64,000 nucleotides of DNA. Origin: Tubiluchus corallicola. Lineage: Eukaryota > Animalia > Priapulida. A model generated the notes under the pieces. It was not told the DNA's origin, made no database searches, and was given only the letters and a program-made list of their open reading frames with translations. The DNA lies in the NCBI GenBank assembly GCA_030141605.1, contig JAQGDQ010000181.1, forward strand, positions 273,124-337,123. Direction: 5' to 3'. Positions 39,511-53,900 of this stretch are shown here, piece after piece (the first letter of the stretch is position 1; each line of letters starts with the position of its first letter). The translations under genes were made by a program, and so were the position numbers.

Positions 39511-41962
39511 TGCCCCCTGAGCTTGAGAACTCCAATTGGGGCCTTAATACCTATGCCACGGCCCTGGGGTAAAAGATCCAACGTGACCAAAATTTTTCCA
39601 GTATGCGTAAAAATGTCAGCATTTGCTGAACGAAATTTGGACGTGAAAAATGTTTGATCAAGAGACATTCTGAACGAAATTTCGCCAAATAGAATGTCTT
39701 ATAATGACCGAAACGTCAAGGTATCATACATCGCACCAGCATCACAGAAACTTGTGTCTAATTTCTAACTTCTTAGCTATGTTTAGACTCACGTCAAACC
39801 TACATTATATTATTCTGAGTTTTAAACATGATGAAGTTTAGCGATGTTTATAGGTCAAATTTTTCTATAACAATTCAAAACGCTAAAGTCTGAGAACAAT
39901 GTACCTTGGTTCCCTAAGCAAAAATTGTCGTGTGCGCGATACGACAACCACCACTAACATTTCCGCTTTTCTCGCAGTCTGTTGTTGTTTGTTACACTCC
40001 GCAAAAGAATTCCCTTTGTGAAATAAAAGCTGGTGTTTTAAAAATGCCGTACTTGTTATAAAACCATCACGTTGCTTTTTTTCTACAAATAAATGCTCAT
40101 CAGATGTTGCGACATTGATGTTGTCCATGTCGTAAAGTTTATAACAGTGGACGTCAGAGAAAAATGAACTCGCTACATGCCATTGATATGTGCTGATGGT
40201 ACTTAGTTAAACTCAAATTGCGCTCGTAACATGCACTGGTAAAAACAGCAATGACTTCACGCGCTGACAACACCATTCTCTGTGCGAATTTTCAAACTTT
40301 TGTTTAGGCCGATGAAAGTAATGATATGACATGACATCACCCATGCAGCTTCTGAGAGTATAAGGACCTGACACATGATTAAACATCTTGGGCCAAGCCC
40401 GGGGGTGGGTCTTTTTCAGTAACGCTTGTAGCTTGACCTTTGCTCCATCTTACGGGTTCAAAACATTATTCTCTTATTTTCATGAGAAACTGTTTGCGTC
40501 GCATATAGATTTTTTTGCTGTGTGCGACAGGTAACTTATATCTTGTAAATCCCATTCAGTAAATTTAAACTTCCGATCTCTATTTTTATGAAATGAAAAA
40601 AATAAAAACATGCTGTCACTTTGCACATACGATATCGCGACACTACTATTTAATTTAATTAGCAAGGTAATGATTAGAAGAGGGAAATACCTGCATTGCG
40701 CGAAATCTCAAGCGTTGCGGGCGTACAGGCATCTAGGCTAAGTCCTAAAATTTCGTTTTTCTGACTGAAAGTTGGTTTCAAATAGTTAGGTGAGAGTTTG
40801 TATTCATAATTTACTAATAATTATTATGCCCGTACACGTAATTGTTGCTGCTAATACTAGTTCAGTCTGCCATGTTGAAATAATATTAAGTGATGCAAAA
40901 TAAATGTGCCGAGGTTTTGATCACGATATTATAAGAAGAAAATAACTGAATCAGTTGAAAATCGCCACACTGATGTTACAGACACTTACGTATAAACAAC
41001 AAAAATTTTCACTTTGACTTTTTCAAGCGCATAGAAGTTTGAAAGCAACGAGTCAAAAAAAATAAAAGTCAGAAGTCTTTGTCACTATTGATGAAATTTA
41101 CAACAAGGGTTCTATCTGTCCACCATTTTCACTTGCAAACTAGAGAAGGCGTTTCTCCCAACAGCTCATACAGTTTCTCACTTCTTTAAGGTGTATTTTG
41201 CTCAGGCTCAGCATTCAACAATTTTTTCCTTTAGTTACTCTGCATTAAACGGCTCTGCGCTGCCATTGTACGGTTCCAGATATCGTAATTCAGAGGATTA
41301 TGTGCCCATTTTTCCTTGGCAACAAATCTTCATCAATGCTTTGCTGTCTGTGGTGATGACCATGATGTAGGCCTAAGCTGATTGATTCCTTTGTTGTTTT
41401 GCTGCGTGTACTGAGTGCTTTATACGTCCCTGAACATGGCTGTTTTTCATGGTTAGCTGACATTGTTCCGCCATTTAATATTTAACAACTTTTCGAACAT
41501 AACTTTAAAACTACTAAAACTGTAAACTTGTGACTTTCGCTGCCAAAAGCTAATATACTGTGATATCATGCAGTGCAATTTCAATATTATAGACCACTCA
41601 CTTCTAATATTATTGTAGTCTCAACTTCTGTGAAACTTTTTTCTGCGGCACCTGATAATATTCATAACGATTCAATAGTACCAAGCAAGCAGCCGCCTAA
41701 ATTTTAGTCACGCGGAACGATATCAAAAAGAGCGATAGGCCATGCACCTGCGTAGCTAGTGTATTAAAGGCAATTGGGCATAGGCCGCGAAGCATACTTA
41801 TGTGCAAGATCAATGCCACTAGATGCATGCATTGCGAGTGTTTTGATGGCGTGGATCTCCGAAATTCATTGACAAAATGTGGAACTTCATGGTGACACGC
41901 GTGTATAAGTCAGTGAAAATTTGACGAAGCTTGGCATTTTGAGAAAAATAAAAAAGTTAATC

Positions 41963-44900
41963 ATGGGAATGTTTCGCCGGTGTACTAGACGCAGCGCAGA
42001 TGGTAAAGTTACCGAATTTAATGCGAATAAAAAAGTGTTCCTTCGACGAGAACTTGGAATACTGCGTGGTGTTGCCGTCATCGCCGGAAGCATGATCGGC
42101 TCTGGAATTTTCATTTCGCCCAAGGGAGTCTTACTTCATTCTGGTTCTGTGGGTGCATCTCTTACGGTATGGATCGCCTGTGGTATCTTTTCCGGCATAG
42201 GCGCCCTCTCTTATGCAGAAATCGGGCTGACCGTGCCAAAGTCGGGCGGCATTTACACGTACTGTTATGAAGCATTTGGGTCTGTGCCAGCTTTTCTTAT
42301 CTTCTGGACAGACCTCGTTTTAAGAGGTCCGACGTCTCAATGCATTGCAGCACTGGCCATTGTCAAGTACATGCTGTCGCCAATGCTCTGTTCGCACCAA
42401 ATTCCGACTAGCTGTGTGAAATTGTTTGCAATTTCCGTACTAGGTATAAATTTACGATTTTAATTAGAGCTACAAGAGCAATTTTACTGTGTAAACTAGC
42501 AATTCCAACACTCGTAAAAGTACTGTATAAACTTACAGCAACAATCAATTAGAATCAAACCACTAAAACTTGTCTTGAAGGTTCACGTATGTTGTGCGTA
42601 CCAAATACAGCACGACAGATTTTTGTACTCAATTTCTGTCTAAGAAAAACAAAGATCTAAATTTATCTACAAAACATATATGGTGCAAATAGAAATGAAT
42701 TAATCTATCACTTGGAAATCTTAAGTTTAATAGAAGTAAAATTGTCAGAACAGCCACTGAAAACAACATAATTTTATTGAACACTTGCACAATCATAAAT
42801 GTGAACGTTCTTGCACGTGACTAATAATAAATCTGAACTTTTCGGCATTGAACCACTCGAACAATCATAAATCTCTTAACGTTTCAGCATTGTTCATGTG
42901 CCGAAACGTTACGATTTAGACTGTTCAAGTGTACAAGCGTTTGATGAAATTCAGCAGCTGTTGTGGGGCAGCTGGAGCATAGGACATTCTGTCAGTTCGA
43001 GCAATAAGACTGAATAACTAGAAAACTGTAGGGCGTAGAATCATGAAACTTGCAAAGCAGATACTGGTATACACAGGTATACAGAGACCGAGATAGAGTA
43101 TAGTTATAGAAGCTGGATTTCCCTAAAGGCCTTAGATAGATGCTGAAATCAGAAAATTAGGGCAAACTTGTCAGTTATATGTGAGTAAACCACATTGACC
43201 AGGCATAGTCAATTGATAATTTGTCCAAAACGCCCTATCGCTGGCCAGTCACTCATAATTAAACCGCACTAAACCAGGCATACTCCAGTGATAAACATGG
43301 TCATGGATGCAGACTTGTTGATTATTAAAGTCAAGCACCGAATTTTAGGCGTTGAGTACACCATGCTCGTAGATGTGGATCGTCATTCAGTGTTATTTGA
43401 ACCCCGTACAAAATGATGACCTCGTCAGTTGACCCTTCATTCATCATCCATCGTAAATTGTTTTGGAAACTAAGAATATTAAGACTGTGTGTTCTTTTAT
43501 ACGTTTAGACTGAAAGTAAATTTTTATGATGAACGTAAAATACTGAAAGTGAACTACGAACCTAATTTCGGCTTAGGGGATGTAATTTCAAATTATATAA
43601 AAACTATTGTAGACTGAATATTTGCAAATTTTTGTTATTGTAACAGAATCGTAGTTATTAATTTTGGAATTCTTTAACTTTTGACGTAATTAGTGCCTCT
43701 GATGTTAAAGTTTTTACATCATTCTTAGAAAAGGAAAACTTGTAGCAACATTGTAAATTTGATCGTAACTTTTAACAGAGAGCAACCTATAAGTGCCTTT
43801 GCCTTGGTGGCTTCTTTCTTTTCTCTTGTACTAGATTGTAATAATATGTTTGAAAAGAATAAAATAGAACATAATAAAAGCATTAAACGTTAAATTTAAA
43901 ATAGCTTCAATCAGGTCATGCTCTACAAAATTCACATTTCTATGCAACTGTAATATCACTTGTCTTTGCAGTTTTTCTCACAACTGTGAACGCACTCAGC
44001 GTCAACTGGACTGCCAGGTTACAAAATCTCATGTTCTACATTAAAATCCTCTTGCTCGTCATCATCATTGCTATGGGGTTCTTTCAGCTATCATTCGGTT
44101 TTGGAACGGAACACTTCGATGATCCGTTCGCTGGAACGGAACGTTCAGTGGGGGAACTTGGACTGGCCATGTACAATTGCTTGTTTGCATACGCCGGCTG
44201 GTAAGAGCGTTTATGTAATCCACTTCTTTATAATTATTGATATTCCTTAATTACATTATGTTTTTTCAAATGTTCACAGTTTTTATCCAGAAGTTCAACG
44301 TGTCCATTCAATTGTTCACAAATTTCGTTCAATTCTCAAAGTAAAGTCACACGTTCAGAGTTTCATTTCAAGTGTTTGTGATTTTCATTTAAATGTTCAC
44401 AATTTCCACGCAAATGTTCATGATATCCGTTCAAATGTTAACCGTTTGGAATCATTCAACCTGTTCTCAAAACTTTTGCCATTTAAATGTTCACGATTTG
44501 AGCTTTGAAATGAAAATTTTGAAAAGTTGAAAGTGAAAAAGTGTAACTATTCATTTTAATGTCATCGCTGTGACATGGATAGCATGTCGTCACACAAATT
44601 ATAGTCCTAGAAAAAAGCTCTAGAAAAAATTACAGGGTGTGCCTTTATAAGGCTTTCGTGGCGAATTGAACGCGCATCGTTATAGCAGCTCGGCACACGC
44701 ACTGGTCACCAAAAATCGGATCAATAGTTCTAAATCTGGACTTGAAATTGCAAACCTTGCTTTTTCTCTTTTGGTCTAATAGAAACAGTAATTCTTTCAT
44801 ATATCAATGGCACTACTGGCAGCATTAAATCATACAGGGCAAAAGAATCACCTGATTTTAGGTATTGAATACCCCATTTTAGTCTATACATGAAGAAATT

Positions 44901-47900
44901 TCTCTTCCCATCCCATCCCTATACGATTTCGTGGGATTTCTACAGAATTCCACAGATTTTTTTACCATAATAATATTTCCACGATTTCCTGCTATTAAGA
45001 CATATAAAATGAGGTCATAATAGCAATAATTTAATTGTTTGTGCTCAGAATGGCTTAGAACTCTAGTAGAAAACATAAGCCTAAAAATAATAAGAAAACC
45101 TCAGAAGGGTTAGTTTTAATTAATACAAAAGCGAATTTAACTGATATAGGCTAGTTTCAAAACAACCGTCACAGAAGCGTTTCCATTTCTATTCTAAATG
45201 CTTTTCTATTAAATAATTAAAAAGGCATGATGGCTACCAGTGCATTTCAACATATGTTGATATATCTGTTGTGCTGTGTTGCTATGTTTTTCTATGCCAA
45301 TAAAACTTAAATCTTAAATTTCTTATAATCACAAATTCCTATTTTGCTATCTTTTTTAGATGTTCTAGTATAGTTGTTAGCAAGAAGAGGGCCTTAAATA
45401 AAGCAGAATAAAATATCTAAAGGTAAAATCTATTAAATTTTGGCGAATCTTTACAGTGGTCTAGACCTGGCCTTGACAAACTCATTCATGTGTTCACTTA
45501 CCTATGCGTGTACTAAATGGAGGGCCTGATCCTGCTGCCTACAGAGGAAAGAGTTTATCATTGGCACCATAATTTAAATGCCTTAACCATAACCATAACC
45601 CTACTCCTAACTCTAGCCCAACCCTAACTCTAATCCGCTTCACGAACTAATTCTTGTGTGTGGGATATTGTTAGACCCTACAGGTTTGCCTCACAATCAT
45701 GTCTAATTATCGTCAATGATTACCGATAACACTGTACTGGTCATTTATTAAAAACCTGTTTGATATTCTGGAATTTCTGAAACTTAGTACTTTTTGTAAG
45801 ACACGTGTTCCCACTGATAGATTTCAAACTTAATGTCATTTGGTATTATGCACTGATCCAGAACAAAATAAGAGAAGTCAAGAAATTTTTATGAAGTTTT
45901 GTTCATTTTTGTGTCAAAACAAATAAAAAGGAAACTTCTCAAGTATTGTCGCGAATAGATATAACCGGCCTGTTAATCCAAAATCAACACGTTTTTCAAG
46001 ATTCAAGGTTCAACATTGTTTATTTCACATTAATACAAATGCAATACATGCACTAAAAATACAAAAATTTCAATAATGCAATAGCTGCGAAGAAGTAGAC
46101 TGATTAATGAGAAGCAAATTTGAAATGATACTTAATTAGATGTTTCGCTAAATGATTTGTGCTGCAGGGCATTGAGTAAGCTAAGTTTGAAAAATGCCCT
46201 ATTTATGAAGATCCAGTAATATATACATTTAGAAAGATGAAAGGAAAAGGTGTGAGCAAGCAAGTGAGAATGAGAATGAATGACGGTGAAGGAAATAATA
46301 ATATTATTATTATTTATTATAAAGTATAATAATAATAAAAAAAATTCAAGATTAACTGACAAGTTAATAGTACAGAACATTTTTGCGAAGAGTGATACAA
46401 GCATATTGATCGTATTAATATAGCAGCATAGTTTCAGCATATTAATGACTCCATCGTGAATGCTGCGTAACCATCATGCCTTCTATAGGAAAAGACCTAA
46501 CTTGACCCTTACACGTGAGATAGAACACAAGGACCTTGCATTGAACCCACATCAACGTACCGTGATCATGTGAACCCTGTTGAAAAATGTAAACCGGACG
46601 ATTCATACTCATTAGCCACTTTTGAACCCTGGTCGATAATAATTATTATTACGTATTTTGTTCACACCTAAAATCAATACAGCACATGTAGAATGATGTT
46701 AGTAGACAATAAATACATATATATATATACAAAGGTAAGAGTTAGGAATATTATAACAGGATTAGTATGCAACATGTAGTAATTTTTTACAAGATCATAA
46801 AATAATTTCTTGACAATGCGTTTTACATTGTGATTAAAGTATAAAGTGCAACAATATTTTCAATCTCAAGTTAAAATCACTGTCATTATCAAAATACAAC
46901 AATTTCTGTATTCTGTATAAATATCTGACTCGATTTTTTTATTTTTCTTAAAAGATTGAGCTATCAACTGTTGATTATAAAAATTTGATGGCATAGTCCC
47001 ACAATTATATATCAGTAGATGTTTGCACTTGTAGCTCTTAAGATGGCATTTCAACCAGCTCTTGTACTAAAAAGTTGAAATATAAAGTTTTAATGATTTC
47101 GTCCGAAAAATGTCGCCTTCTTTCTACACGGTGATCTTCTTTTCTTTCTAGGGAATCGCTCAATTATGCTGCAGAAGAGGTGAAGAATCAAGAGAAGTAT
47201 GCAAAAATTGCACACACTATTGTTTATTAAATCAAGTAAGCTTGCTAGAATCATTTGCTAAAATATTTCGTAAGAATATTATCTACAGATGCATACTTAC
47301 GTTGCACAATCTCGAAAATTTTCAGAACCTTACCCTGGGCCATCTACATCTCCGTCGCCTTGGTTACTGTGGTTTATACACTGGCAAACGTTGCGTATTT
47401 TGTGGTGTTAGGCAAGGAAAGGATGCTTTCTTCGGACGCCGTCGCCGTGGTAATACTCAGCATTGTGAAGACAGGCCTTAACTTTTGGTGCAACCGGTAC
47501 AAGAGCTTGATGGAACATTTTTGTCCCGGGTGCACTACTACCAGATTGAATATGTATAGTATATGTATATACGGAGTCAAGTATTAATTTAATTTTGTTT
47601 CAGTATCACTAATAGCCTTTTTCACTTTGATTAGGTATAGCTGGCGCCTTGGGTCATGAAAATCATGCCCTGGCGTTTCATTCTTGTATTTACGAAGCAC
47701 AGATTGCTACAATAGTTACACTCTACAATTAAATTTTAATGTCAACGCGTATACACAACGTATCAACCTTACGCAATCAATTAAATTGATTATATAATTG
47801 GCTTTTCATATTATACTGTAGCGCTGTAGAAACAACTCAACTCTATCATGTTAACAAGCGTGCCTGATACTGGGTGACTGGACACTGCAGGCCAGTAAAA

Positions 47901-50900
47901 GTCAACCAAAAATGAGACTTAATCCTCTGGCTTACAGTATGTGGAATTCCCCCTTAAAGAGAAAGTGTACGACGGCCTTGCAGAGCTGTTTTATACAGAG
48001 GAGCTAAAGTCAAAAATTGTTGAGTGCTGGGACCCAAATACCCCTTAAAGAAGTGAAAAGATTGCATCAGCTGTTGGAAGAAATGTCGTTGTCTACTAGT
48101 TTGCATTAAAAATGACAGACACATATATTATATAGAACACACGCCGTAAATTTTAATAACAGCTACACAAATTTTTTTCGGCATTTATTTTTTTTGGACT
48201 CGTTGTTTCAAGGCTTTTGCATATTTGGAAAAATCTAAGGTCCTGATATTTTTCTTGCGACACATTTTTACGTCAGTAAAACACAATTTTACTTTACCTG
48301 ATGTAACACATGAACAAAATAATATTGCCACATGGTACACCGTTCAAGCATTATGTGAAAACGGCCAGTACGGATCACATTTACAATAACCCGTTAACCA
48401 CTTCTCCACGTGCACTTTAGTTAATTATGCACTTCTGTTACCCGTTTTGATTTATTTTAACTACAATACATAGGCATAGGTTTTATATAATTGTTGTGGA
48501 AAAATTCTACATTTTTCAACCTAAACTGCAAATGTGTGCAATTTATAATTTGAATTAACTCTTAAGCTCGAGTTTATTTGATTAACGTAAAGTTTCTTAT
48601 TAAAATAACTCATTAATAAGAGAAAAATAAAAGGTTACCATCTCTGTGTGCTGTTTCTGTTATTTTGTCACTGTATTTTAAATACGATTTTTCTTTTTGT
48701 ATTTTAACAGTAAATTCCGAAGAAGATTCAGCGGATCGGAAAGTCGGTATCTAAAATTTTTTGTCATACTTATGTCAGTATATGCATCACAAAGTTTTAA
48801 ATATTAGTAATGTTTTCATTACAGTCATTCATAAAAGAATGTGTGGGTATGGAAGTTGGCTGGATAGTACAAATTGGAGTTATGTGTTCTATTACTGGTG
48901 CTCTGACCTATTCGATTTTTGGAAGTTCTAGGTAGGTGGTTGTTAAATTGAACTGTTTTTTCCGTTTCTAGTTGCCTAATTCTTGTCAACTACTGTTGTC
49001 CACTGGTTTTGTGCTAAGTAAATATATACCAGATATCCGAAATGCGTAAAATAGCGTATAGCTGGTATCAGGAATGCGTTTTGAGTATGAAAACATCAGT
49101 AGGAAATATCTGCTTGAAAAAAATAACGCACAACGCATGTCCGATAAACGGGTGCACTGAAAACGTTATAAACCGATTTTATCTATTCCGCATAACGCAT
49201 ACGCATTCCGGATGCCACGTAAATGCCACTTTATGCGTTATTGCGTACCCAGTTGCGTATAAACAGTCCAATAGAAATAGCTGCAGAGAAAAACGCAATA
49301 TCGCAGACTTGATAAACGGATACATTGAAAGCAATATAAAACGATTATTACGCAGTAACGCGTAACGCATTCCGGACGTCTGATAAATGCCGTTTTTTTA
49401 TAATTCTTTATTTGTAAAAACTATGTACAGAATACATTTCCTCTATTTGTAGGGATATGTTTAAAATTTCTAAAAGCATTTAGAACGTATTAAACCTATT
49501 CACATATATATATGATTTAGAATTATATATATAATATTAATGAAAGTTTTTAATAGGTCGATGTATGCCACATGGAAAAGTCCATTTAAAGACCCTAACT
49601 AAACATGCAGCAACAAAAACTATTCCAACCATAATTAATACTGTACATGTAGCTATTATAGATATGTCTTGATTAGAAACTTCATAAAAGAACAAAAAAA
49701 TCAGTGAAAGTTCCTTTTTGGGATTATTTGTATTATTCACACTGATGGTAGCCAGTACTAAATGCTCTGAATACATGATTATATATATCTCATTTCTTTG
49801 TAAGGGGATTTTGTTTATATAGTAAACATCTCTTTCAATGTTGATTAAATCTGTCTTGTTCATTTGTTGCTGACGTTTGTGAGTATGCACAACAAATAAA
49901 CAAACAAACAAACACACAAACATAAAATTTATAAATTTGAATTTATAATCTCCATTTCAAAGATCCTCTTTTTTCTTCCTTTGAGTCAAATATTGTTTCG
50001 AATTTTCAATAATTGTATTTTTACTCATCATTAAATTCACAGAAGAGTTTTTCAACGTTAAGATGTTTTTATGTATTTTCATTATACTTCAGCACACTGC
50101 AAGCCGTAATCCAGCTTTAAAAGACGTGCAGCCTTATACGGCTACTGTAAATGTTTGTAGAGCTAAAGCCTGATTCATCAACAAGGCCATTATTTCTAAG
50201 ATGAGCCTACTGAACCAGCAGAAGTGTCTCTGTCATGTTAGATTTTCAAAAGATGCTCGGCTAGCCCCATACGTATTAATGTTGTTTCCAGTGCGTTTAT
50301 ACTGTATTTACGTTTACAGTTCTACGGACGTATTTTTCTTGGTTAATAAAAGAGAGTATGTCGCAGGACTGTGAATGCGAGTCTGTAAAATTTAATCTGC
50401 TTTAATACCCATGAATGTTTTCATTTACTGAAAGGCGGTGGGCCAAAATTTAATTCAAGTGACTCTGTATCTGTAGTAACCGGTGTTGCGCTGGTGAATT
50501 TAATCATGCGCGCCATCTTAATTAAAGCTTGAAACAGCCAGAGGCAGTTTATAAAACTACGGAAACTTGATGCAACGTGTGGATGCGTAGCTAGCCTTGC
50601 TGTTTCTCTGTCGTTACGAAAACCGAGTGAATAAATGAATAATTAATAAAATCAAAGCCAAAAAAAGGAAACTCGCTTTCCCTGACTTTTTTAATACAGT
50701 ATGTTAGCAATTAAAAATTTATCTAAATCTTAAATACAGGGTTAAGTTAAACAAGTTGCAGACTCACAACCTATAAGAGACTTCAAGTTTTTATATCATT
50801 TTAATAAAATTCCATGTATATGTATGTTGATTATACTATATAACTTTGTGGAACACTAGTTAGGGGATGTTTTAATTTGCAGTTTTTAACATCTCGTATC

Positions 50901-53900
50901 GCCATTCAGTGAGCGCCTCCCGGTTAAAGTGACTCTCTTGTCACAGATGTGTTGACAGTTTGGTATTTTGTAATACTCTAATACAGGATGTTCGGAAAGT
51001 AACTGTGCACTTATTTTTACATTTATTAATAAACACGATTCAATATAGAATAATGGAGGTAAATATGAATGACAATTATAAAGTTGAAAGTGACTCCTGT
51101 TAGCACCAATACAATACATGCACCATCTTCAACAGTCGCGTTACTTATACCATGAATTTTTATTGTGTGTGCTTTGTTTTCACTTAGGCCTAATATGAGT
51201 GTGCATAAATCCATTAAAATTATTAAGGCCGAGTCCAGCTGTAACAAAAAAAAATCTGTAAATTCAAATCTGTCACACTATAAAAAAGGAGGTTCAGTGG
51301 GACCCGGTCGGGTATACCAGCGAGTAAAATAATTAATTGGGTAGTTTGTAGTGGGAAATACAGCGTGGGTTTGGCGTTTGCCTAAAAAGATCATTCATGT
51401 AAAATAATTTGGCACGAAAATTAGTAGGAATTCATGCGGAAGAACATAATCCAGGTAAAGTAGTTCGTCACTGCCGAACCGCCTCATAAACCCGACGTTT
51501 ATAAGCCTACCAGAAACTATATTATGTACTTCTGAGTATACATTTTATTATTTGCTCTTTTTTCGGCTAGTGAAGCGTGAGATAGTTGGAGTGTAAACTT
51601 GATTTTAGTCAGGATCTTTTGCTTACAAGTCAGACGCCTTAGGCTATCAGACTTCTGTATTCGGCATTGGTCAAGATCAAATAAAATCTGGTGAACTAGG
51701 TATAAAAAAATAATCTAATTAGTTAGAATTGCTCTAATGTGAGCGATCTAACATTGGAAATGCCGATTTTGTTTATCAGCTTTATTGGATTGAACTCTGG
51801 TCTGCCTTCATTACTAGAGAGTACGGTTACTTAGTGGTCTAAGGCATCTGACTTGTAAGCTGGCGATCCCTGGTTCAAATCCATGTTGTGTCCCAACTTT
51901 TTCACATGTCCTGTCCCTTCAAGTTTGGTTCCAAAATTTAATTAATTGTGAGTTTGTACCATAATTTACTTCATTATTATCCCACAAGATACAAATGTAC
52001 AAAGTACACAAACCACCAATTCTTACAAACACATAATCTGAAACTGACGGGCATGACTTACTTGGCCCGATAGGCAGCTATTGATAATTACAAAACAAAT
52101 TCCCCAAAACGGCAATAACGGCAATGAAATGCTAAAACGTAGTACTAAAATAGATACAGTAATATTTATCTATTATAAAATTTTCAATTTGCAGCATCCT
52201 GCCGATTTCGTCTACAACAAAAGACGCGTACGGCAACGGGAAATCAATTGTAAATGGTAAAAACACTGCCTGTCCCATCTATGAAACGTTTTAGCTACTG
52301 TTACACGTTATTGGGTTATAGTTATTACATTGTCTGATTTTTTATACAGATTATACTTCGTTGGCGCCAGAGACTATGGTCACTTGCCATCAATCATTGG
52401 AATGATAAACGTCAACAGGTTGACACCTCTTCCAGCAATTGTGTTAAACGTAAGGACGTCCATTTTTAAGTAGAACACTAGTCACTAATCACACAAAGGT
52501 CTTCGAGGGACTATCTGCACGTTTAGATCTTAACTGCCAAAGAGCCATACGAAGTGCCACCATCATTTGCCTTCAAGGCAGTAAGACTGCAAGTAGTACT
52601 TAAGGACTACATACACATGAGATTAAACATGTAGTTACACAAAAATGGTTAAAAACTCAATTATACAACCGGTATAAAGCTTCTGCCGAGACTCTACTTT
52701 AGAAGAGTACTGTTCAAGGGGAAAACTGGATCGATTTCACGTCGAATCAACCCGTAAAAACTAGGAAAGTTTCGCCGTTGTTTTTCCTTTACTGCAGTTG
52801 CTTTTGCTTTTATTGTTCTGCTGTTGATGTTACAGCTTTTGGGTTTTCAGCTATCTTGTTATCTATATCTTAGCCTCTAGCTTGTAGAAGCAACTAATAC
52901 AGTCATTGTACTACGTGCGTCAGGTTTCCTTGATACAGTTCGTCAGTCTACAAACTGGAATCCATCCAGCAACAAATGACAAGACCTACTCGATGTTTAT
53001 GCCATGGCAGAACTGGTACCTATCTCATTTTGAAGGATAATACTCTATGTTGGACCGGCAAAAAATCTCAATTTCCTTAACCACCAAAAATTTTAAACAG
53101 TGCTGGAATTATATTACCTGCAATTTGATCATATTGCCTAGTTTTGCGTGGATGTCATTCATCATAAGTAAATGCCAAACGAACTGTATATTGTGCTACT
53201 GATGAAATTTATTTAACCTATTGTTAAGCATAGCTGGCTTTTAACAAGCGTGATTCATTGAGTTACCCATAGCAACAGTTTTTCAATGAAGATAAATCAA
53301 TAACGATGTTGTTGCCAAGCATTTGGAACTTGGATTCAAGCACTTCTTACATGCGGGCTATTTTAGGTATTGTAATGTATATTTTACTAACATAAAACGA
53401 GTCCATTTGAATATACACACCTGTGCGTGAGTACTCAGTGGCAGGCCTACTAAATGCAGAAGCGGTGTGGCAGTACCGCAATATATCTATCAAGATTCAG
53501 ATAAAACATTGGGCCAGCAGGGGTGCTTGTATACACCTTTCTTCAACGAGATAAATGTCCAGTATAGCAGATGGAACTCTCTAAATTCAGTTCAGTTACT
53601 AAATCATACTAAATCATACTATAGTGACTGTAGAATACTATGATCTGACTGCCTAAAACACTGCCATTTTGTTTATATAACTAACAATGATCTATTCCCT
53701 ACATACTTCAAGAATCCTGTAATTAAGAATGTCAAATCACATAATACTCGATATAATGATTACTAACTCAGTTATTGCAAAACATTTCATTAGCCATAGC
53801 GGACCTAAACTATGGAACTCATTACCCACCACTGTAAAATGAAGGTGTAACGATATCTATTTGCTGCTTATATACGTTAGTCTCTTGTTTCTGTGTTCTT

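Noticed and set aside
39690-39725. cttataatgaccgaaacgtc resembling a minimal hammerhead/Penelope motif
   Set aside because: Lacks the CUGANGA core and convincing flanking stems.
51822-51900. tRNA-Thr(TGT)-like gene
   Set aside because: No pairing acceptor stem, and it continues into a body shared with another dispersed copy; better explained as a SINE.
53262-53276. Strong X-box match gttacccatagcaac
   Set aside because: Deep in an SLC7 intron, with no promoter context or nearby ciliary gene start; a single motif is not enough evidence.
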